In this document: positions 48,680-59,852 of the stretch, piece after piece | Position numbering within the stretch: position 1 is the stretch's first letter | Layout of the letters: each line of letters begins with the position of its first letter | Assembly (NCBI RefSeq): GCF_030013595.1 | Contig: NZ_CP122768.1 | From: Escherichia coli | Lineage (GTDB): Bacteria; Pseudomonadota; Gammaproteobacteria; Enterobacterales; Enterobacteriaceae | DNA length: 64,000 nt | Reading direction: 5' to 3' (one strand) | Made by a program: the position numbers and the translations under genes | Notes under the pieces: model-generated | What the model saw: the letters and a program-made list of their open reading frames with translations, nothing else | Told to the model about the DNA's origin: nothing | Databases searched by the model: none

Positions 48680-50947
48680 ATGAAAGTATTAATTGTTGAA
48701 AGCGAGTTTCTCCATCAAGACACCTGGGTCGGTAACGCCGTTGAGCGTCTGGCAGATGCTTTAAGCCAGCAAAATGTTACCGTGATTAAATCCACCTCCT
48801 TTGATGATGGTTTTGCCATTCTCTCTTCAAACGAAGCCATTGACTGCCTGATGTTCAGCTATCAAATGGAACATCCGGACGAACATCAAAACGTCAGACA
48901 ATTGATCGGTAAGCTTCATGAGCGCCAACAAAACGTGCCGGTCTTCCTGTTGGGCGATCGGGAAAAAGCCCTCGCCGCAATGGATCGCGACCTGCTGGAG
49001 CTTGTCGATGAATTCGCCTGGATTCTGGAAGATACCGCCGACTTTATCGCCGGACGCGCCGTTGCCGCGATGACCCGCTACCGCCAGCAACTGTTGCCGC
49101 CACTGTTCAGCGCGCTGATGAAATATAGCGACATCCATGAATATTCCTGGGCAGCACCAGGCCACCAGGGTGGCGTTGGTTTTACCAAAACACCCGCCGG
49201 ACGTTTCTACCATGACTACTATGGTGAAAACCTGTTCCGCACCGACATGGGCATCGAACGAACTTCCCTCGGTTCTTTGCTTGACCATACTGGCGCATTT
49301 GGCGAAAGCGAAAAATATGCTGCACGCGTATTTGGTGCCGATCGCTCCTGGTCGGTAGTCGTCGGTACTTCCGGCTCTAACCGCACCATCATGCAGGCTT
49401 GCATGACCGATAACGATGTCGTGGTCGTTGACCGTAACTGCCATAAATCCATCGAACAAGGCTTGATGCTGACAGGCGCGAAACCGGTCTACATGGTGCC
49501 AAGCCGCAACCGCTACGGCATTATCGGGCCAATCTATCCGCAGGAAATGCAACCTGAAACCTTGCAGAAGAAAATCAGTGAAAGCCCGCTGAATAAAGAC
49601 AAAGCCGGGCAAAAACCGTCTTACTGCGTGGTGACCAACTGCACCTATGACGGCGTGTGTTATAACGCTAAAGAAGCGCAGGATCTGCTGGAAAAAACCT
49701 CCGATCGTCTGCACTTTGACGAAGCCTGGTACGGCTATGCACGTTTCAACCCGATCTATGCCGATCACTATGCCATGCGCGGCGAACCTGGCGATCACAA
49801 CGGTCCTACCGTTTTCGCCACCCACTCCACCCACAAACTGCTGAATGCGCTGTCACAGGCCTCTTATATTCATGTACGTGAAGGTCGTGGGGCGATTAAC
49901 TTCTCCCGCTTCAACCAGGCCTACATGATGCATGCCACCACCTCCCCGCTGTATGCCATCTGCGCATCCAACGACGTGGCGGTGTCGATGATGGACGGCA
50001 ACAGCGGCCTGTCACTGACCCAGGAAGTGATCGACGAAGCGGTTGATTTCCGTCAGGCGATGGCGCGGCTGTATAAAGAGTTCACCGCTGACGGTAGCTG
50101 GTTCTTCAAACCGTGGAACAAAGAAGTCGTCACCGACCCACAAACCGGCAAAACCTATGACTTTGCTGACGCACCAACCAAACTGCTGACCACCGTTCAG
50201 GACTGCTGGGTCATGCATCCGGGCGAAAGCTGGCACGGCTTCAAAGATATTCCGGATAACTGGAGTATGCTCGACCCGATTAAAGTCAGCATCCTTGCTC
50301 CGGGAATGGGTGAAGATGGTGAACTGGAAGAAACCGGTGTTCCGGCGGCGCTGGTCACTGCCTGGCTTGGTCGCCACGGCATTGTGCCTACCCGCACCAC
50401 TGACTTCCAAATTATGTTCCTGTTCTCTATGGGCGTAACCCGTGGGAAATGGGGGACTCTGGTTAACACCCTTTGCTCCTTCAAACGCCACTATGACGCC
50501 AACACACCGCTGGCGCAGGTGATGCCGGAACTTGTTGAACAATATCCTGACACTTACGCGAACATGGGGATTCACGATCTGGGTGACACCATGTTTGCCT
50601 GGCTGAAAGAAAACAACCCTGGCGCACGGTTGAACGAAGCCTATTCCGGCCTGCCGGTGGCGGAAATCACCCCGCGTGAAGCGTACAACGCGATTGTCGA
50701 CAACAATGTCGAACTGGTATCCATTGAAAATCTGCCAGGACGCATCGCGGCAAACTCAGTTATCCCGTATCCGCCAGGAATCCCGATGCTGCTGTCTGGT
50801 GAAAACTTCGGCGATAAAAACAGTCCGCAAGTAAGTTATTTACGCTCGCTGCAATCCTGGGACCATCATTTCCCTGGATTTGAACACGAAACAGAAGGGA
50901 CAGAAATTATTGACGGTATTTACCACGTTATGTGTGTGAAAGCGTAA
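48680..50947 (+). CDS. adiA: Biodegradative (acid-inducible) arginine decarboxylase
   Basis: 755-aa PLP-dependent decarboxylase paralogous to CadA; ORF track starts one Met codon earlier (48677). Confidence 0.95.
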   Translation: MKVLIVESEFLHQDTWVGNAVERLADALSQQNVTVIKSTSFDDGFAILSSNEAIDCLMFSYQMEHPDEHQNVRQLIGKLHERQQNVPVFLLGDREKALAAMDRDLLELVDEFAWILEDTADFIAGRAVAAMTRYRQQLLPPLFSALMKYSDIHEYSWAAPGHQGGVGFTKTPAGRFYHDYYGENLFRTDMGIERTSLGSLLDHTGAFGESEKYAARVFGADRSWSVVVGTSGSNRTIMQACMTDNDVVVVDRNCHKSIEQGLMLTGAKPVYMVPSRNRYGIIGPIYPQEMQPETLQKKISESPLNKDKAGQKPSYCVVTNCTYDGVCYNAKEAQDLLEKTSDRLHFDEAWYGYARFNPIYADHYAMRGEPGDHNGPTVFATHSTHKLLNALSQASYIHVREGRGAINFSRFNQAYMMHATTSPLYAICASNDVAVSMMDGNSGLSLTQEVIDEAVDFRQAMARLYKEFTADGSWFFKPWNKEVVTDPQTGKTYDFADAPTKLLTTVQDCWVMHPGESWHGFKDIPDNWSMLDPIKVSILAPGMGEDGELEETGVPAALVTAWLGRHGIVPTRTTDFQIMFLFSMGVTRGKWGTLVNTLCSFKRHYDANTPLAQVMPELVEQYPDTYANMGIHDLGDTMFAWLKENNPGARLNEAYSGLPVAEITPREAYNAIVDNNVELVSIENLPGRIAANSVIPYPPGIPMLLSGENFGDKNSPQVSYLRSLQSWDHHFPGFEHETEGTEIIDGIYHVMCVKA

Positions 50948-51064
50948 CCACTATTCCGCTGAAGGCGTAATTGTTAAATAACATTACGCCGCCTGGCTTG
51001 AGGCCTTTTAAGTATGGCAACGTTTTCATAAAAATTGCTGCAAACAAAAAATGTCATGCTTTTT

Positions 51065-51091
51065 GCGCGGTCCCACCCCGCGCTTTTTTTT
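51065..51091 (+). terminator. Rho-independent terminator after adiA
   Basis: gcgcgg-tcccacc-ccgcgc hairpin followed by T8. Confidence 0.8.
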
Positions 51092-51282
51092 GCCTGTTAT
51101 TTATCCTTTTTTTAGCCTGTAAAAAAATATGTACATGAGAAATTACTATAAAAATTTGTAATATTAGTAAAACTCGTTATTTTTATGCATGTTTATATTC
51201 ATCATACAATTATATAACCATTTCCCGGTATCGCTTTGCTTTAGCGAGAACTGGTCTTTTATTCGCACTCAGGAGTACATGT

Positions 51283-52044
51283 ATGAGGATTTGCAGCGAC
51301 CAACCTTGTATTGTTTTATTGACTGAAAAAGATGTCTGGATAAGGGTGAATGGGAAAGAACCTATTAGCCTTAAAGCTAACCATATGGCGTTATTAAATT
51401 GTGAAAATAATATTATCGACGTCTCCTCTCTTAATAACACTTTGGTTGCTCATATTAGTCACGACATCATCAAAGATTACCTCCGGTTTCTGAATAAAGA
51501 TCTCTCGCAAATACCAGTATGGCAACGTAGCGCTACGCCCATCCTCACTCTGCCATGCCTGACGCCAGACGTCTTTCGCGTTGCCGCGCAACACAGCATG
51601 ATGCCCGCTGAAACTGAGTCAGAAAAGGAACGAACACGTGCATTATTATTCACTGTGCTATCCCGTTTTCTCGACAGTAAAAAATTCCTTTCACTAATGA
51701 TGTATATGTTACGTAATTGTGTAAGTGACAGCGTTTATCAAATTATTGAAAGCGATATCCACAAAGACTGGAATCTTAGTATGGTAGCCAGTTGTTTATG
51801 TCTTAGCCCGAGTCTGTTAAAGAAAAAGCTGAAAAGCGAAAACACCAGTTATAGCCAAATAATCACCACCTGCCGCATGCGTTATGCCGTAAATGAATTA
51901 ATGATGGACGGTAAAAATATCTCTCAGGTATCACAGTCCTGCGGCTACAACAGTACGTCGTACTTTATTTCTGTCTTTAAAGACTTCTACGGTATGACGC
52001 CTCTGCATTATGTTAGTCAGCACAGAGAACGCACTGTCGCCTGA
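51283..52044 (+). CDS. adiY: AraC-family regulator of the adi system
   Basis: 253-aa ORF with C-terminal AraC HTH, between adiA and adiC. Confidence 0.9.
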   Translation: MRICSDQPCIVLLTEKDVWIRVNGKEPISLKANHMALLNCENNIIDVSSLNNTLVAHISHDIIKDYLRFLNKDLSQIPVWQRSATPILTLPCLTPDVFRVAAQHSMMPAETESEKERTRALLFTVLSRFLDSKKFLSLMMYMLRNCVSDSVYQIIESDIHKDWNLSMVASCLCLSPSLLKKKLKSENTSYSQIITTCRMRYAVNELMMDGKNISQVSQSCGYNSTSYFISVFKDFYGMTPLHYVSQHRERTVA

Positions 52045-52180
52045 TTTTTAACCTTAACGAAGAGCTATATTAATAACGGCATCAGCGATAACCTGGTCGA
52101 TAATAATTCAACTATCGAATGCAGGCGTATGATATGACGTAATTTATTGTCACGAAGCTCGCCTTCGCAGGAGTTTAATT

Positions 52181-53518
52181 ATGTCTTCGGATGCTGATGC
52201 TCACAAAGTGGGCTTAATCCCCGTCACCCTGATGGTGTCGGGGAATATTATGGGGTCAGGTGTTTTTCTGTTACCTGCAAACCTGGCCTCCACTGGCGGG
52301 ATTGCCATTTATGGATGGTTGGTGACGATTATCGGTGCGCTGGGGCTCTCGATGGTATACGCCAAAATGTCGTTCCTCGACCCAAGTCCTGGTGGTTCTT
52401 ACGCTTACGCCCGCCGCTGCTTTGGCCCGTTTCTCGGTTATCAAACCAACGTCCTCTATTGGCTGGCCTGCTGGATCGGCAATATCGCCATGGTGGTCAT
52501 TGGCGTAGGTTATTTAAGTTACTTCTTCCCGATTCTGAAAGATCCATTGGTATTAACCATCACCTGCGTCGTGGTGCTGTGGATCTTCGTCCTGCTGAAT
52601 ATTGTCGGTCCGAAAATGATCACCCGCGTGCAGGCCGTTGCCACCGTGCTGGCGCTGATCCCCATCGTCGGGATTGCCGTATTTGGCTGGTTCTGGTTCC
52701 GTGGTGAAACCTATATGGCGGCATGGAACGTCAGCGGCCTGGGCACCTTCGGCGCGATTCAAAGTACCCTTAACGTTACGCTGTGGTCGTTCATCGGTGT
52801 GGAAAGTGCCTCCGTTGCCGCAGGTGTGGTGAAAAACCCGAAACGCAACGTCCCTATCGCCACCATTGGTGGGGTATTGATTGCCGCCGTTTGCTATGTG
52901 CTCTCCACCACCGCGATTATGGGGATGATCCCTAATGCCGCACTGCGCGTTTCTGCCTCGCCATTCGGTGATGCCGCACGGATGGCGTTGGGTGACACCG
53001 CCGGGGCCATTGTTTCCTTCTGCGCAGCTGCGGGCTGCTTAGGTTCACTGGGCGGCTGGACATTGCTGGCGGGTCAAACGGCGAAAGCCGCTGCCGATGA
53101 CGGACTGTTCCCACCAATTTTTGCCCGTGTTAATAAAGCGGGTACACCAGTGGCGGGGCTGATTATCGTCGGTATTTTGATGACCATCTTCCAGCTCAGC
53201 AGCATTTCACCAAACGCGACCAAAGAGTTCGGTCTGGTTTCTTCCGTCTCGGTCATCTTTACACTGGTGCCATATCTTTACACCTGTGCGGCGTTACTGC
53301 TGCTCGGCCACGGTCACTTTGGTAAAGCACGCCCGGCATATCTGGCAGTTACTACCATTGCCTTCCTCTACTGCATCTGGGCCGTGGTGGGGTCCGGGGC
53401 GAAAGAGGTTATGTGGTCATTTGTCACCCTGATGGTCATCACCGCCATGTATGCGCTGAATTACAACCGGCTGCATAAAAACCCGTATCCCTTAGATGCA
53501 CCAATAAGCAAAGATTAA
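52181..53518 (+). CDS. adiC: Arginine:agmatine antiporter
   Basis: 445-aa APC-family transporter, paralogous to CadB. Confidence 0.95.
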
Positions 53519-53544
53519 TTCCCCTTAATCCAGCAAACATAAAA

Positions 53545-53580
53545 GCCAACCTTAAGAACTTAAGGTTGGCTTAATTTTGC
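53545..53580 (+). terminator. Rho-independent terminator after adiC
   Basis: gccaaccttaag ... cttaaggttggc hairpin followed by TTAATTTTGC. Confidence 0.7.
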
Positions 53581-53621
53581 TTTGCGAGCATATGCGCACT
53601 TTGTTCGATGGAAACACCGTG

Positions 53622-55265
53622 ATGTTGAAGCGCCTACTAAAAAGACCCTCTTTGAATTTACTCGCCTGGCTATTGTTGGCCGCTTTTTATATCTCTATCT
53701 GCCTGAATATTGCCTTTTTTAAACAGGTGTTACAGGCGCTGCCGCTGGACTCGCTGCATAACGTACTGGTTTTCTTGTCGATGCCGGTCGTCGCTTTCAG
53801 CGTGATTAATATTGTCCTGACACTAAGCTCTTTCTTATGGCTTAATCGACCGCTGGCCTGCCTGTTTATTCTGGTCGGCGCGGCTGCACAATATTTCATA
53901 ATGACTTACGGCATCGTCATCGACCGCTCGATGATTGCCAATATTATTGATACCACTCCGGCAGAAAGTTATGCGTTGATGACGCCACAAATGTTATTAA
54001 CGCTGGGATTCAGCGGCGTGCTTGCTGCGCTGATTGCCTGCTGGATTAAAATCAAACCTGCCGCCTCGCGCCTGCGCAGTGTTCTTTTCCGTGGAGCCAA
54101 TATTCTGGTTTCTGTACTGCTGATTTTGCTGGTCGCCGCACTGTTTTATAAAGACTACGCCTCATTGTTCCGCAACAACAAAGAGCTGGTGAAGTCCTTA
54201 AGCCCCTCTAATAGCATTGTTGCCAGCTGGTCATGGTACTCCCATCAGCGACTGGCAAATCTGCCGCTGGTGCGAATTGGAGAAGACGCGCACCGCAACC
54301 CATTAATGCAGAACGAGACACGTAAAAATTTGACCATCCTGATTGTCGGCGAAACCTCGCGGGCGGAGAACTTCTCCCTCAACGGCTACCCGCGTGAAAC
54401 TAACCCGCGGTTGGCGAAAGATAACGTGGTCTATTTCCCTAATACCGCATCTTGCGGCACGGCAACGGCAGTTTCAGTACCGTGCATGTTCTCGGATATG
54501 CCGCGTGAGCACTACAAAGAAGAGCTGGCACAGCACCAGGAAGGCGTGCTGGATATCATTCAGCGAGCGGGCATCAACGTGCTGTGGAATGACAACGATG
54601 GCGGCTGTAAAGGTGCCTGCGACCGCGTGCCTCACCAGAACGTCACCGCGCTGAATCTGCCTGGTCAGTGCATCAACGGCGAATGCTATGACGAAGTGCT
54701 GTTTCACGGGCTGGAAGAGTACATCAATAACCTGCAGGGTGATGGCGTGATTGTCTTACACACCATCGGCAGCCACGGTCCGACCTATTACAACCGCTAT
54801 CCGCCGCAGTTCAGGAAATTTACCCCTACCTGCGACACTAACGAGATCCAGACCTGTACCAAAGAGCAACTGGTGAACACTTACGACAACACGTTGGTTT
54901 ACGTCGACTATATTGTTGATAAAGCGATTAATCTGCTGAAAGAACATCAGGATAAATTCACCACCAGCCTGGTTTATCTTTCTGACCACGGTGAGTCGTT
55001 AGGTGAAAATGGCATCTATCTGCACGGTCTGCCTTATGCCATCGCCCCGGATAGCCAAAAACAGGTACCAATGCTGCTGTGGCTGTCGGAGGATTATCAA
55101 AAACGGTATCAGGTTGACCAGAACTGCCTGCAAAAACAGGCGCAAACGCAACACTATTCACAAGATAATTTATTCTCCACGCTATTGGGATTAACTGGCG
55201 TTGAGACGAAGTATTACCAGGCTGCGGATGATATTCTGCAAACTTGCAGGAGAGTGAGTGAATGA
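53622..55265 (+). CDS. eptA: Lipid A phosphoethanolamine transferase
   Basis: 547 aa from [10 protein letters not shown]...; N-terminal TM helices plus sulfatase-like domain; ORF track start 53577 is an upstream extension into the adiC terminator. Confidence 0.92.
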   Translation: MLKRLLKRPSLNLLAWLLLAAFYISICLNIAFFKQVLQALPLDSLHNVLVFLSMPVVAFSVINIVLTLSSFLWLNRPLACLFILVGAAAQYFIMTYGIVIDRSMIANIIDTTPAESYALMTPQMLLTLGFSGVLAALIACWIKIKPAASRLRSVLFRGANILVSVLLILLVAALFYKDYASLFRNNKELVKSLSPSNSIVASWSWYSHQRLANLPLVRIGEDAHRNPLMQNETRKNLTILIVGETSRAENFSLNGYPRETNPRLAKDNVVYFPNTASCGTATAVSVPCMFSDMPREHYKEELAQHQEGVLDIIQRAGINVLWNDNDGGCKGACDRVPHQNVTALNLPGQCINGECYDEVLFHGLEEYINNLQGDGVIVLHTIGSHGPTYYNRYPPQFRKFTPTCDTNEIQTCTKEQLVNTYDNTLVYVDYIVDKAINLLKEHQDKFTTSLVYLSDHGESLGENGIYLHGLPYAIAPDSQKQVPMLLWLSEDYQKRYQVDQNCLQKQAQTQHYSQDNLFSTLLGLTGVETKYYQAADDILQTCRRVSE

Positions 55266-55930
55266 AAATTCTGATTGTTGAAGACGATACGCTGTTATTG
55301 CAGGGATTGATTCTGGCGGCGCAAACCGAAGGCTACGCGTGCGATGGCGTGACAACCGCGCGGATGGCGGAACAAAGCCTTGAGGCCGGTCATTACAGCC
55401 TGGTGGTACTGGATTTAGGGTTACCCGACGAAGATGGACTGCATTTTCTCGCCCGTATCCGGCAGAAAAAATACACCCTGCCGGTACTGATCCTCACCGC
55501 TCGCGATACGCTGACCGACAAAATCGCCGGGCTGGATGTCGGTGCCGATGACTATCTGGTGAAGCCTTTTGCGCTGGAAGAGTTACACGCCCGTATCCGC
55601 GCCCTGCTACGACGCCATAATAATCAGGGCGAAAGTGAGCTGATTGTTGGCAATCTGACGCTGAATATGGGTCGCCGTCAGGTATGGATGGGCGGTGAAG
55701 AGTTGATTCTGACGCCCAAAGAATATGCTCTGCTGTCACGGTTAATGCTCAAAGCAGGCAGTCCGGTGCATCGGGAAATTCTCTACAACGACATCTATAA
55801 CTGGGACAATGAACCCTCGACTAACACCCTGGAAGTGCATATCCACAATCTGCGCGACAAAGTGGGCAAAGCCCGTATCCGCACCGTGCGCGGATTTGGC
55901 TATATGCTGGTCGCGAATGAGGAAAACTAA
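55262..55930 (+). CDS. basR: Two-component response regulator BasR/PmrA
   Basis: 222-aa OmpR-family regulator; ATGA overlap with eptA. Confidence 0.95.
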   Translation: MKILIVEDDTLLLQGLILAAQTEGYACDGVTTARMAEQSLEAGHYSLVVLDLGLPDEDGLHFLARIRQKKYTLPVLILTARDTLTDKIAGLDVGADDYLVKPFALEELHARIRALLRRHNNQGESELIVGNLTLNMGRRQVWMGGEELILTPKEYALLSRLMLKAGSPVHREILYNDIYNWDNEPSTNTLEVHIHNLRDKVGKARIRTVRGFGYMLVANEEN

Positions 55931-55939
55931 TTGAATCTG

Positions 55940-57031
55940 ATGCGTTTTCTGCGCCGACCAATATCGCTGCGCCAACGGCTGATATTGACCATTGGGGCCA
56001 TTTTGTTGGTGTTTGAGCTGATCAGCGTCTTCTGGCTATGGCATGAAAGTACCGAGCAGATTCAGCTGTTTGAGCAGGCGCTACGCGACAATCGCAACAA
56101 CGATCGCCACATCATGCGTGAGATCCGCGAGGCGGTCGCCAGCCTGATCGTCCCCGGCGTCTTTATGGTCAGCCTGACGCTATTTATCTGCTATCAGGCG
56201 GTACGCCGCATCACCCGCCCGCTGGCGGAGCTGCAAAAAGAGCTGGAAGCGCGCACCGCCGACAACTTAACGCCCATTGCCATTCACAGCGCCACCCTCG
56301 AAATCGAAGCGGTGGTTTCGGCGTTAAACGATCTGGTCAGTCGCCTGACCAACACGCTGGATAACGAAAGGTTGTTTACCGCTGACGTCGCGCACGAACT
56401 GCGAACGCCACTGGCGGGGGGGCGTTTGCATCTGGAACTGCTGGCGAAAACGCATCACATTGATGTAGCACCGTTAGTGGCACGGCTTGATCAGATGATG
56501 GAGAGCGTCTCCCAGCTGCTGCAACTGGCGCGTGCCGGACAGTCATTTTCTTCCGGTAATTATCAACATGTAAAACTGCTGGAAGATGTCATTCTCCCCT
56601 CGTATGACGAACTCAGTACCATGCTCGACCAGCGACAGCAAACCCTGCTATTGCCAGAGAGCGCCGCCGACATCACCGTTCAGGGTGATGCAACCCTGCT
56701 GCGGATGTTATTGCGAAACCTGGTAGAAAACGCCCATCGTTACAGCCCGCAAGGCAGCAACATTATGATTAAGCTGCAAGAAGATGGCGGAGCGGTCATG
56801 GCTGTTGAAGATGAAGGACCGGGTATTGATGAGAGTAAATGCGGGGAGTTGAGTAAAGCATTTGTACGTATGGACAGCCGTTATGGCGGGATTGGTCTGG
56901 GGTTAAGTATTGTCAGCCGCATTACACAGTTGCATCACGGGCAGTTTTTCCTGCAAAACCAGCAAGAGACTTCCGGCACGCGGGCCTGGGTACGGCTGAA
57001 GAAAGATCAGTACGTGGCAAACCAGATATAA
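55940..57031 (+). CDS. basS: Sensor histidine kinase BasS/PmrB
   Basis: 363 aa from ATG at 55940 (MRFLRRPISL...); HAMP and H-box (ADVAHELRTPL) and HATPase domains. Confidence 0.93.
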   Translation: MRFLRRPISLRQRLILTIGAILLVFELISVFWLWHESTEQIQLFEQALRDNRNNDRHIMREIREAVASLIVPGVFMVSLTLFICYQAVRRITRPLAELQKELEARTADNLTPIAIHSATLEIEAVVSALNDLVSRLTNTLDNERLFTADVAHELRTPLAGGRLHLELLAKTHHIDVAPLVARLDQMMESVSQLLQLARAGQSFSSGNYQHVKLLEDVILPSYDELSTMLDQRQQTLLLPESAADITVQGDATLLRMLLRNLVENAHRYSPQGSNIMIKLQEDGGAVMAVEDEGPGIDESKCGELSKAFVRMDSRYGGIGLGLSIVSRITQLHHGQFFLQNQQETSGTRAWVRLKKDQYVANQI

Positions 57032-57096
57032 AGAAAGCTGCTGACCACCAGCACGCTGAACACGGTAGTTAAACTTTCATAAACACGGTTTTTCAT
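57007..57096 (-). CDS. pmrR: 29-aa membrane peptide PmrR, convergent with and overlapping the basS 3' end
   Basis: Translates to MKNRVYESLTTVFSVLVVSSFLYIWFATY; below the ORF-track size cutoff; overlaps basS by 25 nt. Confidence 0.8.
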   Translation of the reverse strand: MKNRVYESLTTVFSVLVVSSFLYIWFATY

Positions 57097-57165
57097 TGCA
57101 CTCTCCTCCGTTAACCTGGAGGAGAGTATGCGCGTCAGAGATTAAGTGAACCTTAAGACTTCAAT

Positions 57166-57194
57166 TGGCCTGATAAGACAGCGTCACATCAGGC
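57166..57194. repeat. REP-like palindromic element between pmrR and proP
   Basis: ggcctgataagacagcgtcacatcaggcc palindrome. Confidence 0.6.
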
Positions 57195-57207
57195 CATCCG
57201 TTTCAGC

Positions 57208-58710
57208 TTATTCATCAATTCGCGGATGTTGCTGCACCAGGCGGGTACGTTTCGCCTGCAAATCGGCAATCTCGTGGTCAATATCATCGATTTTCTGCTC
57301 GATATTATCGTAATGCTCGACGAGAATTTCCTTCGCTTCCTGTATATCTGACGCCGCCGGTGTCGCACCTTTCAACGGACGATTTGCCGTCTCTTTCATG
57401 GTTACGCCGGTGATTAAACCAACCACCGCCACTACCATCAGGTAATAGGCAGGCATCATCAGATTCTGCGAGCTTTCGACCAGCCAGGCCGCCAGTGTTG
57501 GCGTCAGACCGGCAACCAGCACCGAAATATTAAATGCCGCCGCCAGCGCGCTGTATCGGATATGCGTCGGGAACATCGCTGGCAAGGTAGAAGCCATAAC
57601 GCCCGTAAAGCAGTTAAGGATCACCGCCAGCATCAGTAACCCGGCAAAAATCAGGCCGATGACGTTACTGTTAATCAGAATAAACGCCGGGATCGCCAAC
57701 ACAAACAGTGCAACACTACCAAGAAGCACAAACGGACGACGGCCAAAACGGTCACTCAGCAAGCCCATCACCGGTTGAACAAACAGCATACCGATCATAA
57801 TAGCGATAATAATCAGCACCCCGTGGTCTTCGGAGTAATGCAGGTTATGCGACAAATAACTCGGCATATAGGTCAGCAACATGTAGTAAGTCACGTTGGT
57901 AGCAATTACCAGACCAATACATGTCAACAGGCTGCGCCAGTGTTTGGTGGCAATCTCTTTAAACGAGACTTTCGGGCCATCCTGCAAACCTTCGCGGTCG
58001 CCCTGTTCCAGTTTATCAACATGCTGCTGGAACGCCGGAGTCTCTTCCAGCGCATGGCGCAGGTAAAGCCCGATAATCCCTAACGGCAGAGCAATAAAGA
58101 ACGGAATACGCCAGCCCCAGTCGAGGAAGTTCGCTTCGCCGACAATGGTCGAAATTAACACCACCACGCCCGCACCCAGCACAAACCCGGCAATAGAACC
58201 GAAGTCCAGCCAGCTGCCCATAAATCCACGTTTACGGTCAGGGGAGTATTCCGCAACAAATATCGACGCCCCGGTATATTCACCGCCGACCGAGAAACCT
58301 TGTGCCATCTTACAGATCAACAGCAGAATCGGTGCCCAAATACCAATCGTGTCGTAGGACGGTATTAAGCCAATACAGAAGGTACTGATCGACATAATCA
58401 CAATAGTGATAGCGAGGATCTTCTGGCGACCATATTTATCGCCCAACATACCAAAGAAGAGTCCACCAAGCGGTCGAATCAGAAAGGGAACGGAGAAAGT
58501 GGCAAGTGCAGCAACCATCTGCACGCTGGGGTCAGCCCCCGGGAAAAAAACTTTACCTAATGCGTAAGCAACAAAACCATAAACACCAAAATCAAACCAT
58601 TCCATTGCATTACCCAGTGATGCTGCGGTAATGGCTTTACGCAGTTTACCGTCATCAATAATGGTGACATCACGAAGGGTAATTGGTTTTACTTTTTTCC
58701 TTTTCAGCAT
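57208..58710 (-). CDS. proP: Proline/glycine betaine:H+ symporter (osmosensing MFS transporter)
   Basis: 500 aa from MLKRKKVKPITL...; MFS with C-terminal coiled-coil tail; ORF track start 58743 is an upstream extension. Confidence 0.95.
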   Translation of the reverse strand: MLKRKKVKPITLRDVTIIDDGKLRKAITAASLGNAMEWFDFGVYGFVAYALGKVFFPGADPSVQMVAALATFSVPFLIRPLGGLFFGMLGDKYGRQKILAITIVIMSISTFCIGLIPSYDTIGIWAPILLLICKMAQGFSVGGEYTGASIFVAEYSPDRKRGFMGSWLDFGSIAGFVLGAGVVVLISTIVGEANFLDWGWRIPFFIALPLGIIGLYLRHALEETPAFQQHVDKLEQGDREGLQDGPKVSFKEIATKHWRSLLTCIGLVIATNVTYYMLLTYMPSYLSHNLHYSEDHGVLIIIAIMIGMLFVQPVMGLLSDRFGRRPFVLLGSVALFVLAIPAFILINSNVIGLIFAGLLMLAVILNCFTGVMASTLPAMFPTHIRYSALAAAFNISVLVAGLTPTLAAWLVESSQNLMMPAYYLMVVAVVGLITGVTMKETANRPLKGATPAASDIQEAKEILVEHYDNIEQKIDDIDHEIADLQAKRTRLVQQHPRIDE

Positions 58711-58973
58711 AGCTTTCCTCGCAGAGTTGGCCCATTTCCGCAAACGCCAGAAAAATCAGCGCGACGGCCGCAAAAGGGGAGCGGGAATTGCAGGATGCAA
58801 TCTCTGTAACAAGCGTAGCGGGTTTGCTTACACCCTCCGGTTAAGGAATGTACAATCAAACCAGTTGACGCCTGAATTGGGCAGTTAATGACCTTTTTAC
58901 CCTACCAGTGTTTAAATTTGTGATCAACTTCACACATGTATTTCGTTTAGGACTCATTGGTGTAACTGATTAT

Positions 58974-59852
58974 TTACACCAGATTTACAGAGAAGATTTC
59001 CTCGACCATTGCCCCCGCCAGACGCTGCGCTGAACAGAGTCGTGGCATCCCCAGTGCGACAGTTCGCCAGCGTTGGGTCACTGACCAGCAAACGGGTTGT
59101 TTATCTGCCGTGGTCCACTTTCCCAGCCAACTTAAAAAATCAGCATGATCCCCGCCCGTCGGAATGGTCGAAGAGGCAAACCACTGATGGTAATAGTGAC
59201 GCGTGGTCGGTGCCGCATTGATACTCTCTGCCAGATGTTGTGTCGCTTTCTCGCGCAAATCACCCAGCAACAACGCCACCGCTTGCGGGCTTCCCAGACG
59301 GCAGGCATCGCCAAATGCCCCCCAGCGCAACTCCTCCAGAACGATAAAACAGCGCCCAGGCAACGACCAGGCGTTATACGCCCCAGCACGCCAGCGGGTA
59401 AAAATTTGCTCGCTCTGTTCACCCGCCTGCACCAGTAGGCCTCGTTGCGTTAACGCCTTTTCCTTCCAGCGACAACGGGCTGAAAACCACTCATACAAGG
59501 CGGCAATTTGCTGGGGGAGCTCAGGGAAAGCAGAGTGCTGGCGGTGATCCATTTTTTGCAGCAGCGCCAGATGCTGCGCGATCTGCGTCAGCGCCAGATG
59601 ACCGGGATCCAGCATCGACGCCAGTTTTTCCACCAATGTCAGACGCAGGCTAAGCGGCGCATTTAACATCCCGCCGTTCGTCCATGCCTGAAGCTGCACA
59701 CGCGCAAGAAGTTCCTGCATCAGTCGTTCACGAAACTGCTGCTGATGGGCTTGTGGATGGCGGGCATCATCGCCCTGCGCCAGATCCACTAAAAAGCGCG
59801 GATGAACCGACTCCAGCACGCGACCGGGGCCGTCCAGTAACGTCTTGGTCAA
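58974..59852 (-). CDS. yjcZ: Conserved protein YjcZ
   Basis: 292-aa ORF immediately downstream of crfC in the same orientation. Confidence 0.8.
   Translation of the reverse strand: MTKTLLDGPGRVLESVHPRFLVDLAQGDDARHPQAHQQQFRERLMQELLARVQLQAWTNGGMLNAPLSLRLTLVEKLASMLDPGHLALTQIAQHLALLQKMDHRQHSAFPELPQQIAALYEWFSARCRWKEKALTQRGLLVQAGEQSEQIFTRWRAGAYNAWSLPGRCFIVLEELRWGAFGDACRLGSPQAVALLLGDLREKATQHLAESINAAPTTRHYYHQWFASSTIPTGGDHADFLSWLGKWTTADKQPVCWSVTQRWRTVALGMPRLCSAQRLAGAMVEEIFSVNLV

Noticed and set aside
48827-49834. 335-aa minus-strand ORF inside adiA
   Set aside because: Antisense shadow ORF within intact adiA; no recognisable domain.
53577-53621. Upstream 15-codon extension of eptA given by the ORF track
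   Set aside because: It overlaps the adiC terminator hairpin; the ATG at 53622 gives the expected 547-aa product.
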